Positions 10,601 through 20,667 of a DNA stretch of 64,000 nucleotides are shown here, piece after piece. Source of the DNA: Macrostomum lignano (lineage: Eukaryota); contig NIVC01000758.1 in NCBI GenBank assembly GCA_002269645.1, positions 186,001-250,000 of the forward strand. The letters run 5' to 3'. The position numbers and the translations under genes were made by a program. Every line of letters begins with the position of its first letter. Positions within the stretch are counted from its first letter, which is position 1. The notes below the pieces were generated by a model. That model made no database searches and was not told where the DNA came from. It saw only the letters and a program-made list of their open reading frames with translations.

Positions 10601-12105
10601 CCCGACTCCGCAGATAACCAAGCTGAAGATCGAGAGGAACCCGTTTGCCAAGGGATTCCGGGACGCCGCCAGGGCCTCCGCCTATGACAGGTGAGCCAAA
10701 TGTCGCAGTCGAATGGCTTGGGAATTTCGCAGAGTCGGTAGGGCCGCTTGAGGATGCCTCCCCGGGCACTTGACATTTTCAAAGTGTTGCGAGTTTTTCT
10801 AGAAGTTGTCGAACTCCAGTGTTCTGCCTGTTGCAACGCATATTTTGGCTATCAGTTCGCAGACGCTTCTCGCAAATGTTGCCAACTGTGGTGAAACTTT
10901 CCAATGTCGATTCCAAATTTTTTTCTTTTACAAGTTGCATTAACTTGATGCAGCCACTTACGATGTAGCGCGGTACACCTGAAGACCTCAGTTCAGATCT
11001 ACAAGGTGTCAGTGCGGATCTGAGGTGTGGCAGTCTGGATCTGAGGTGTGGCAGTCTGGATCTGAGGTGTGTCAGTCTGGATCTGAGGTGTGTCACTCTG
11101 GATCTGAGGTGTGTCAGTCTGGATCTGAGGTGTGTCAGTTCGGATCTGAAGTGTGTCAGTCTGTATCTGAGGTGTGTCACTCTGGATCTGAGGTGTGTCA
11201 GTCTGTATCTGAAGTGGTGTGTCAGTCTGTATCTGAGGTGTGTCACTCTGGATCTGAAGTGTGTCAGTCTGGATCTGAAGTGGTGTGTCAGTCTGTATCT
11301 GAGGTGTGTCACTCTGAATCTGAGGTGTGTCAGTTCGGATCTGAAGTGTGTCAGTCTGTATCTGAGGTGTGTCACTCTGGATCTGAGGTGTGTCAGTTTG
11401 GATCTGAAGTGGTGTGTCAGTCTGTATCTGAGGTGTGTCAGTCTGGATCTGAAGTGTGTCAGTCTGGATCTGAGGTGTGTCAGTTCGGATCTGAGTTGTG
11501 TCAGTTTGGGTCTCAGGAGTGTCACCTCAGCTCCGAGGGGACAACGGGATCTCTGTTGCTGCATCCATCCTCCCCCTGTGACATTCCATCACATATCATA
11601 GCGTGCAGGTTTTTATGCAATAAACTTAATCAATTACACTCGGGCAGGTGAACTTGATCTGCATAGCAACAATTGAAATGCAGTGCCAGACAATAGTTAC
11701 GTCGCAGTCCTGTTATCCCGACCAATGACCGTGTCTAGACACCGTGAATGATGCATCTGTAAATCTTGGGAGCCACTTGAATGTGAACACAGACCGGTCC
11801 CGGGGGTTCGCGGACCCTCCCTACTCCGTCCGTGCGGGCTGCCAGTCAAGTGCCAGCTGGGGTCCTCATGCTTGATGCAGCGCAGCCATGCAATTGGACA
11901 TGGAAAGTTCCCACAAATAAAATAACGGCTACTGCACATCCTCAGGGCGGACGGCGGAGGCGGCGGCTGCGGAATGGATGAACCTCAGCCCGATGAGGCA
12001 CCCCAGCTGCCAGCCGCCATTGATCTGCCACCGCTGCACTGGGGCCTGCCACCTCTGCAGCGGCAGCAAGCGGAAGATGCGCTGAGTCAACTCATGAACT
12101 GCTGA
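4631..12105 (+). CDS. TBX20: T-box transcription factor, Tbx20/H15/midline-like (~348 aa)
   Basis: Exons 4631-4859, 5455-5578, 7729-7999, 9784-9969, 10614-10690, 11946-12105; all GT-AG and phase-consistent. Contains an eh1-like [10 protein letters not shown] motif and the T-box [23 protein letters not shown]...[19 protein letters not shown]...[21 protein letters not shown]...[10 protein letters not shown]...[37 protein letters not shown] and FTGEQL are Tbx20-diagnostic. The start could be 4631, 4739 or an upstream exon. Confidence 0.9.
4892..5370. repeat. 33-bp minisatellite (CTGAAGCACCTCAGACAGCTGGGGCTGCAGTCA)n in Tbx20 intron 1
   Basis: Direct tandem units; source of the [11 protein letters not shown] pseudo-ORF. 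Confidence 0.9.
5625..6300. repeat. 21-bp minisatellite (AATACCTGCCCTCACAGTATC)n in Tbx20 intron 2
   Basis: Direct tandem units. Confidence 0.9.
7043..7625. repeat. ~18-bp minisatellite (TTCCCGATCCGCCCCCTC)n in Tbx20 intron 2
   Basis: Direct tandem units; the reverse complement carries a GGGGCGGATC core. Confidence 0.9.
8025..9668. repeat. 15-bp purine-rich minisatellite (AGATGCAGGGAGGAG)n in Tbx20 intron 3
   Basis: Direct tandem units, with a higher-order internal duplication of variant blocks. Confidence 0.92.
10095..10480. repeat. 18-bp pyrimidine-rich minisatellite (CTGCTCTCTTATCTCTCC)n in Tbx20 intron 4
   Basis: Direct tandem units. Confidence 0.9.
11003..11510. repeat. 21-bp minisatellite (TCTGGATCTGAGGTGTGTCAG)n in Tbx20 intron 5
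   Basis: Direct tandem units. Confidence 0.9.
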
Positions 12106-12134
12106 GCAGCCTCGGACTGGCGAGGGGGCGATTC

Positions 12135-12442
12135 CGGGCGATTCTAGGGGGGCGATTCTAGAGGGGCAATTCTAGAGGGGCGATTCTAGAGGGCGATTCT
12201 AGGAGGCGATTCTAGAGGGAAATTCTAGAGGGCGATTCTAGAGGGCGATTCTAGAGGGCGATTCTAGAGGGCGATTCTAGAGGGCGATTCTAGAGGGCGA
12301 TTCTAGAGGGGCGATTCCGGGCGATGATTCTAGAGGGCGATTCTAGGGGGCGATTCTAGGGGGCGATTCTAGAGGGCGATTCTAGGGGTCGATTCTAGAG
12401 GGCGATTCTAGAGGGGCCATTCTAGAGGGCGATTCTAGAGGA
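12135..12442. repeat. 13-bp minisatellite (GAGGGCGATTCTA)n just 3' of the Tbx20 stop
   Basis: Direct tandem units. Confidence 0.88.
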
Positions 12443-13124
12443 GGGCCGGATGCACCGGACTGACAGCTACCAGCAGACAAGTTACCAGATTAATTGCCTC
12501 TGCCCTGCTACAGTGTTGCATGTTAACCGGTATATTAATCAATATTGCTATTCCTTTCCTTTCTTGTGAACAATTTCTTCAAAGTCTGCCTCGCACTGGC
12601 GCTCGGAAACAAACTGTTGGATTTTTTGGACCCCTGCCGCTGCTTCCCATACATTTTTTAATCCCTTTGGCCCCCAAAGGGCCCCCAGTCGCAGCTCGTG
12701 TGCGCGCCCTCTGCCTTTGCGAACCGAAAAAGAAAAAAATGTGTTAAAAGCAGCCACTTTAACCTGCTAGAAATTTTCTCCCGCCAAAGCAAACGGCAAG
12801 TTTTGCTGCTCTTGCTGCGCGCTAAGTTGTCTTCTTTTACAAAACCGCAGCGGTGTCTCGAACTGACGCGAGTTTTGCCACAAGCCGAAGAAGTGAAGAA
12901 TTTCAGTGAAACTTCAGCTCTTTGAATTCTTGTTCAAAAGCAAAAAATTGTCTGAATACTCGAACCCATGAAAGGTAACTGAAATATTTTTTAAAGCAAA
13001 GAAATTATAGGACAGAACAGAAATACAACGTAATCGTCATTGAAACTAGCGAGTTGGCAACTTGAGCAAACAGTTGAGGTGGCCTCTTCTGAGCCTTACT
13101 AAATGCTTTAGGTTAAGAAGAGGC

Positions 13125-13868
13125 CCAGCAGCTGGGGATCTGGGAGGCTGGCCCAGCAACTGACACTCTGGGAGGCTGGCCCAGCAACTGAAGATCTGGG
13201 AGGCTGGCCCAGCAACTGAAGATCTGGGAGGCTGGCCCAGCAACTGGGGATCTGGGAGGCTGGCGGTGGCCCAGCAACTGAGAATCTGGGAGGCTGGCCC
13301 AGCAACTGAGAATCTGGGAGGCTGGCCCAGCAACTGGGGATCTGGGAGGCTGGCGGTGGCCCAGCAACTGAGGATCTGGGAGGCTGGCCCAGCAACTGAG
13401 GATCTGGGAGGCTGGCCCAGCAACTGAGGATCTGGGAGGCTGGCCCAGCAACTGAAGATATGGGAGGCTGGCCCAGCAACTGAGGATCTGGGAGGCTGGC
13501 CTAGCGACTGAGGATCTGGGAGGCTGGCCCAGCAACTGAGGATATGGGAGGCTGGCCCAGCAACTGAGGATATGGGAGGCTGGCCCAGCAACTGAGGATC
13601 TGGGAGGCTGGCCCAGCAACTGAGGATCTGGGAGGCTGGCCCAGCAACTGAGGATCTGGGAGGCTGGCCCAGCAACTGAGGATCTGGGAGGCTGGCCCAG
13701 CAACTGAGGATCTGGGAGGCTGGCCCAGCAACTGAGGATATGGGAGGCTGGCCCAGCAACTGAAGATCTGGGAGGCTGGCCCAGCAACTGAGGATATGGG
13801 AGGCTGGCCCAGCAACTGAAGATCTGGGAGGCTGGCCCAGCAACTGAGGATATGGGAGGCTGGCCCAG
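13125..13868. repeat. 28-bp minisatellite (GGCCCAGCAACTGAGGATCTGGGAGGCT)n
   Basis: Direct tandem units, intergenic. Confidence 0.92.
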
Positions 13869-14544
13869 CCAAGATGTGTGGTGCAAAAAACTTTAAACAA
13901 GAGACAATTTCCAGTCGAAACGAATTATGGCTCGCATAGTAATCGCATGGGTGAGCCAATAAGCATAATTATCAGTTCTGTAAATATGAAGGGCTGCAAT
14001 GTATTTTTCAGAGTTCCAGCAGAGTAGCCGTTCGGTGTACACAGATTCTGCATGCAAGCTGTTTATAATAGCACAAAATTTTCTTATATGGCAAATCAAA
14101 ACCAAATCTGCTATCAAATACGACGCAGCGCATACTACTCAGACAAATCTAGTAGTACATAAAATAAAAGAAAATTGCCAAGCATTATCAGATAATTTAA
14201 TAAACTAAGCATAAATACAGAAGGCATGCAAATTTAACTAAACTACTGCCGAGTTAAGATTATGGCAGTAGTGCGCAGAGGACATGCAATAAAAAACTTT
14301 AACAGCACTGCTAATATTATTAATATTAAAACATTTTAATAAAAAAATATTTACATAGAATTAAAAGCAACAAGCATTAATCGGCATCTACTACTTAAGT
14401 AACCTCAGCGTGATACTCAAGCAGCTCTTAATACACTGGCAGTAAGGCAAACTTTATTGATGTCAAATTTGTACTGAAATAAAAATAATCGGCATTTCGC
14501 ACCCGCTTCGTCAGCTAATGTGAAAACAGTTCACGGACTGCTTA

Positions 14545-15068
14545 GGTGATTCAGGAACAGCTCAGGTGATTCAGGAACAGCTCAGGTGATTCAGGAACAG
14601 CTCAGGTGATTCAGGAACAGCTCAGGTGATTCAGGAACAGCTCAGGTGATTCAGGAACAGCTCAGGTGATTCAGGAACAGCTCAGGTGATTCAGGAACAG
14701 CTCAGGTGATTCAGGAACAGCTCAGGTCATTCAGGAACAGCTCAGGTCATTCAGAAACAGCTCAGGTCATTCAGGAACAGCTCAGGTCATTCAGGAACAG
14801 CTCAGGTCATTCAGGAACAGCTCAGGTCATTCAGGAACAGCTCAGGTCATTCAGGAACAGCTCAGGTCATTCAGGAACAGCTCAGGTCATTCAGGAACAG
14901 CTCAGGTCATTCAGAAACAGCTCAGGTCATTCAGGAACAGCTCAGGTCATTCAGAAACAGCTCAGGTCATTCAGGAACAGCTCAGGTCATTCAGAAACAG
15001 CTCAGGTCATTCAGGAACAGCTCAGGTCATTCAGAAACAGCTCAGGTGATTCAGGAACAGCTCAGGTG
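14545..15068. repeat. 20-bp minisatellite (CTCAGGT[G/C]ATTCAGGAACAG)n just 3' of the parvin stop
   Basis: Near-perfect tandem units in two variant blocks (GTGA, then GTCA). Confidence 0.92.
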
Positions 15069-15099
15069 AGGTGAGTCAGAAGTGAGTTCAACAAGGCAG

Positions 15100-18000
15100 T
15101 CACTGCCTGCCGCTCTTATACTTGGAGAAGATCGGCAGTCCGACCCGCAGGGCGGCCTTCAGGTCGCCGGCCACCAACTCCTCTGGCCGGGTCGTGGGCC
15201 TCAGAATCCCGGCGTCCTCCATCAGGTCAAACAGCAGGGAGACGTTGGCGACCCGCTGCTCCTTGGTGGCGGACACGCTGGTGTAAAAGTGCAGCGGCAC
15301 GAAGTAGCCCTCGAGCAGACCGAGCAGGATGATTAGGTTCACCCCGTCGGCCAAGTCCCTGGCCAGGTCGGTCACCTCGATGTTCAAGCAGGCCAAGTTG
15401 CTGTTGATGAACAGCATGAGGTGGCGCTCCAGCAGACCGACCCGCTCGGGGCTTCGCTCGAAGATGTCGTCCAGCATGTCGCGCTCGGCGTCGGCCAGGC
15501 AGAACACGTCCTCCGGGCCCGTGACGCTCTCTAGCCGGCGGGTGTACTGCAGGGCGCCGTCTCGCTTCTGTACCACCAGCACCGGCACCGTCACCCGGCC
15601 TGGCAGCTTGATGGGCGCTCTGCGGGGTGGGGCGGATTCGGTATGGCTGGAGGGGTGGATCGGATCGGCTAGGGGGGGGGGTGGATCAAAGTGGCTCTGG
15701 GGGCGGATCAGGGTAGCTCGGGGGGGCGGATTAGAGTGGCTCAGAGGGGGTGGCGGATCGGAGTGGCTCAGGGGGGGGGGGCGGATCTGAGTGGCTCTGG
15801 GGGCGGATCAGAGTAGCTCGGGGGGGGGGCGGATTAGAGTGGCTCAGAGGGGGTGGCGGATCGGAGTGGCTCAGGGGGGCGGATCTGAGTGGCTCTGGGG
15901 GGCGGATCAGAGTAGCTCGGGGGGGCGGATTAGAGTGGCTCAGAGGGGGGCGGATCAGAGTAGCTCAGGGGGGCGGATTAGAGTGGCTCAGGGGGGGGGC
16001 GGATCAGAGTAGCTCGGGGGGGGGCGGATCAGAGTGGCTCAGGGGGCGGATCTGATTGGCTCAGGCGGTGGGGCGGATCAGAGTGGCTCAGAGGGGGGCG
16101 AATCAGAGTGGCTCAGAGGGGGGCGAATCAGAGTGGCTCAGGGGGCGGATCAGAGTAGTTCGGGGGGCGGATCAGAGTAGTTCGGGGAGGGCGGATCAGA
16201 GTGGCTAGGGGGGGGGGCGGATCAGAGTGGCTCGGGCGGATCAGAGTGGCTCAGAGGGGGCGGATCAGAGTGGCTCAGAGGGGGCGGATCAGAGTGGCTC
16301 AGAGGGGCGGATCAGAGTGGCTCAGGGGGGGGCGGATCAGAGTAGCTCGGGGGCGGATCAGAGTGGCTCAGGGGGCGGATCTGAGTGGCTAGGGGGGGGG
16401 GCGGATCAGAGTGGCTCAGAGGGGCGGATCAGAGGGGCGGATCAGAGTGGCTCAGAGGGGCGGATCAGAGTGGCTCAGGGGGGGGCGGATCAGAGTAGCT
16501 CGGGGGGGGCGGATCAGAGTGGCTCAGGGGGCGGATCAGAGTGGCTCAGGGGCGGATCTGAGTGGCTCAGAGGGGCGGATCAGAGTGGCTAGGGGGGCGG
16601 ATCAGACACCCCTAGCCGGCTCACCTGGCCGCAGACGCGATGGCCACCAGAAGTCTCAGCACGGGCACCAGCTGCCGGCCGTAAATCTCCTCGGCCGTCC
16701 ACTCGGCCCGCCGGCCAAGCAATTCGTCCAGGGCGGCCAAGACGCTCTCGAGCCGCTGGCGCTGGCCGTGGGCGGAGTGGATGACGTCCGGCTCGCTCAG
16801 CGTGCGGTTGAACAGCCGGTGAAGCAGAATCTGCAACACCTGGCCGTCGTAGAGATCGTCGGCCAGAGACCGGACAACCATGCGGTCGGCCACCAGGACC
16901 TCGTTGAGCCAGTCCTTCAGCACGGCGATCAGGTTGGTCAGGGCCTCGTCGGCGTCCTTCTCAACCACCATGCGCCGCTCGCCGCCCTCCTCCAGCTTGA
17001 AGTCCTCGGGCTCGAGCTTGTCCTCGGTCCGGCCGTCTGTTGTGATGGCGTTCAGGCCCTCCTGCTCGAGGGCGGCGGCTGCCGGGTGTTGGGGGGAACA
17101 AATGATGTACATTCAGCAGGTGCAGTGCATATATGGGCGCATTTTTGGAATGAAACAGTCTTACTAGTGCTGGCAACACAGAAGCTAGTTGCTACTGGAA
17201 GAATAGTAGTAGTATTAGTATTAGTAGTTGCAGTAGTACAGTGTTTTTATTTTTATAGTTAATGCATTTTTAAAAATCTTACTATGAGTATTAGTAAGTA
17301 TAGTATTAAAAAAGAGATTATGCATGCAATATTCTGCTATTATTACTATAAGTAAAGCATTAAGAAAATATCAGGGATACATGTAGATTCAACTTTAGTT
17401 TCTTTTCTTTGCTAGAATTATTTGGCATTCTTAGGGCCTATAGCTAATAAAATAAAAGCCTAGATGGCAATTGGTATGATGAAAAATTGTGATTTTCAAA
17501 AGAGAGATTTAAGCATAAATTTTGCTTTAAAGGGGGAATATTTAGGAGCATAAAATCTACATTTCAAATAAAAGAGCATCTAAGGATTAAATATGTTGAA
17601 TCTTGCATTATATTACTTAATTAAATTTTATACAAGGCCAATTCATTTAAAGCTTATGCTAGATGGCCAACCTTCCAAGGCATAGGTTTATATGCCTAAC
17701 AATTAAATAGATAGAGCCACCTAGGGTGTATTTCATACATTAAATGCATACAAAAAGCTTTAACCAACAAAGGTGTGCAGAACAGTAGGTTTTTTTGCTA
17801 GAAATTTGTACATATTGTTAGATTAGTGTAGCAATGGTAGTATTAGTGCCAATAATAATTTATAAAAGCTTTCTTAAAGCCAACATATAATGAATTTTTT
17901 TGTGCTTAGGCATTTAATTTTTTATTTTCTATGCAGAACTTATTTGTTTTTAAGATGAATTTTACCTTGCATTGCAAGGCCATTATCATTAAGGTAATAT

Positions 18001-18845
18001 AGCCTATTGATGATTATTATCAATTAATATATCCTATTTTTGTAAAGAGGACAGCTAACATGGCATTTTGGTATTTATATGATAATACTTTAACTTTATC
18101 ATAAGGATTTATCTTAATGATTCTTAGAGAATAATGATCCTAAGGAAAATTAGGAAAATTATAGGATTTATATAGCTAAAAAATTGCAGTTATTATATGA
18201 TTCCTTTTAGCAAATAGTAATTTGCATATATAATAAGGCCTACTTAGAAAAAAGATAGATAAAACCTAGACAAATGAGTTAGTTGATTTGTTACATTTTC
18301 ATTGCCTATTAGTAATTATTTTTGATTAGATTCATATTAAAAAAGGAAACTTAATAATAATTATATTGATAATATGTTCATAAAACTGTATAAAATAACA
18401 TCTTTTAGGAGTTATTGAAATTTTTTGAGACTTGTAAAAGAAATACTTGTAGGCATTTGTATGATTTCTACAAAATAAGCAAATTTTTATAAAGGAAATA
18501 GCTCTTATAGCTATGACTATAGGAAAATGGTAATATTATAAAGAAGCCATAGATTTTGCTACAAGTATGCATGCATATTAGAGTTTCTATTATTCATATT
18601 ATAAGGACCCTGTTATTGATAATGGTGGAATGCAAAGCAATAACCATATTGCCAATCAAAATATTATACCAATACTAAGCCCAAGCGTATATTATAAGTT
18701 CAAAAAATCTCCAGCTATTTTTGGAAGAAAACAAATGTTTACAATCATTACCTTCATCCTTTTCTTTAGCTTTCTTTTTTGACAGTGTTGTAAATTTTTC
18801 AAAAATTGGGAAAGAATCATCGGGTTTTGGAGTTTTAGCCGCCAT
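15100..18845 (-). CDS. parvin: Parvin (two calponin-homology domains), ~355 aa
   Basis: Exons 18845-18752 (MAAKTPKPDDSFPIFEKFTTLSKKKAKEKDE), 17078-16625 (ALEQEGLNAI...LKDWLNEVL...DDLYDGQVLQ) and 15619-15100 (RAPIKLPGRVTVPVLVVQKRDG...LGLLEGYFVPLH...RPEELVAGDLKAALRV). Intron phases 1 and 2 are consistent, and the sequence is colinear with alpha/beta-parvin as I recall it. Confidence 0.93.
15628..16602. repeat. ~25-bp G-rich minisatellite (AGAGGGGGCGGATCAGAGTGGCTC)n in parvin intron 2
   Basis: Direct tandem units with variable G-runs. Confidence 0.9.
17140..18685. other. AT-rich, completely CpG-free segment forming most of parvin intron 1
   Basis: A manual scan found no CG dinucleotide between the CG at 17138-17139 and the CG at 18686-18687. 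Confidence 0.8.
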
Positions 18846-19389
18846 GAAGATTTTCCCGAATGGTACCTTTCAATCTAACCTAATAATAGTGTAATATATC
18901 GAATACTGCTAACAGGACGAAAAGTATTGCAGGGTCAAAAACTACAGTTTAGACTTTAGATGTAGAAGATATCGTCAGCTGGCTCAACTCCACTATTTTT
19001 GCTTTTCTTAGAAAACTAGATTTGTAATATTACGTTTTTCACAGTCGTTCATTTATGCTTTTCGCGAAGATCAATCCCGGAATAAGACATAAAAGCTCAG
19101 AACAATAACCGACATTAAGCATCAAATAACCAGCATGTTTTACCACTGAAATCAACTATTAATATAGTAATCTATAAAGTTAGAAATTAGAAGATATCAT
19201 TTATATTTTCTACCTTTGCAGCCAGATGAGTACAGAAACAATAAAATAATATCAAGAAAGATTATATTGCGTTTGCAACTTCAGTAATCTCTTTGAGTAT
19301 CAGGCCTGAGTCAAGAACCAATGAAGTCACTTCGTTAAACTTCTTAAGTAGTCCTTGGCCTGAGTATCAAAAGCAGCATTTCCTAGCCA

Positions 19390-19960
19390 ACGATGTGGAA
19401 GATGACACCAAGAAGCTAACGAGCGCTACTGCTCAGTGTATGTGACAGTGAGACATTCAAAGGCAGCCAGGAACCTGTGCTCACTAGAGAAGCTCACAGA
19501 CAAGTCCTACACAGATCTGCGACTCCTGAAGAAACATTGCAACCCAAAGCCGCCAGAATTAGTGCAGTGCTTCATATGTTCAACAACCGCGTTTGTCAAT
19601 CGGATGAGACCATGTCTGCGTACATAGCGGAGCTTAGGAAAGCTGTCCGAGCACTGCAACTTCAGCACCGTGCTGTACGACATGCTGCGTGATCGTCTCG
19701 TCTGTGCTATAAACAACCAGCAGATTCTCAGCTCCAGCGCTCTATCCAGGCATCTCTGACGCTGAAGTCCGCCACAGCTAGATATTGCATTCACTAGCGA
19801 GTCAGGCACTCGCCAGGAGCAGCATTTGGTGGCCCAGTATGGACAAGGAGATCGAGAGGTCGACTGCCCGCTGCATGGGGTGCCAGCAACAACGTCCGGA
19901 TCCGCCTGCGGCACCGCTTTTGCCGTGGCCAGCGCCAGCCGCGCCCGGCCAAACCGATGA
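19390..19960 (+). mobile_element. Degenerate, internally deleted Gypsy (Mag-like) relic: gag fragment fused to an integrase Zn-finger fragment
   Basis: Frameshifted gag remnants (DKSYTDL..LKKHCNPKP, FNNRVCQSDETMSAYIAELRK, DMLRDRLVC) are followed almost directly by LARSSIWWPSMDKEIE..TARCMGCQQQRPDPPAAPLLPW. Confidence 0.8.
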
Positions 19961-20667
19961 GCTTCTAAGGCGATCCATATGAGAATCCGCGCCGAAGGCG
20001 CCTGACCGGCTGGGATATGATTGGCTTATGCGGGGAGGGGTGTGACAAAGTGCCACTGAGCTAGTCTGGGGCTGCTTGGGCGTGAGGAGTTGCGAGGGCA
20101 CGTTGGTTATTTGTTGCTTGAGTACATGCGCGGCATTGATTGTTCCTCCTCGCAGGGACCCTGCATGGCGCACCGCCGAAATGCCGGTTGCCTTTCCGAT
20201 ACCGTCTTGCGATACAGGCCCGTAGGTTTGGATGACCGAACTCTGGATCAAGCAAAACTGAAAATCCACTCCTGCTTAGTAAGAAAACCGTTTAATACCG
20301 TTGATAGAAAGAGATCACGTGATACTCGTACTTTAACGCGCGTTGCGAAAATATCAAGATAAATTTATAGGCCTCCTACCTTAGAATTGTAAAAATGAAG
20401 TATGCAGAAATGCGGAAATTTTCTCTCGTGGGCGAGCTACGTATGCAAATGACATGCTTTCCATTCTGAGTCAAAGGCAATGGAGAGCCACCCGGATTAT
20501 TTGCAATTTTTGTCACCCTCATTTTTCTTTCTTTTTTTCAAAAAATATCTCGACTGATGGCTCTTCGCTGCTTGACGCATGTAATTATTGACGCCTGTTA
20601 TTTGATGAGCGCTCGCAAGATGTGCTGCACTAGAGCTGCTCGATGCCACCCATTTTTAGTTTGAGGA

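Noticed and set aside
12663-12681. Hairpin CCCTTTGG-CCC-CCAAAGGG as a terminator or Helitron end
   Set aside because: It is an isolated 8-bp stem with no downstream CTRR end or other element features, and intrinsic terminators are not relevant to this eukaryotic locus.
17640-17760. Minus-strand LLGI*TYALEGWPS as a possible Gypsy pol remnant within the CpG-free block
   Set aside because: The match is too short and adjacent frames gave no supporting motifs, so the origin of the block remains unassigned.
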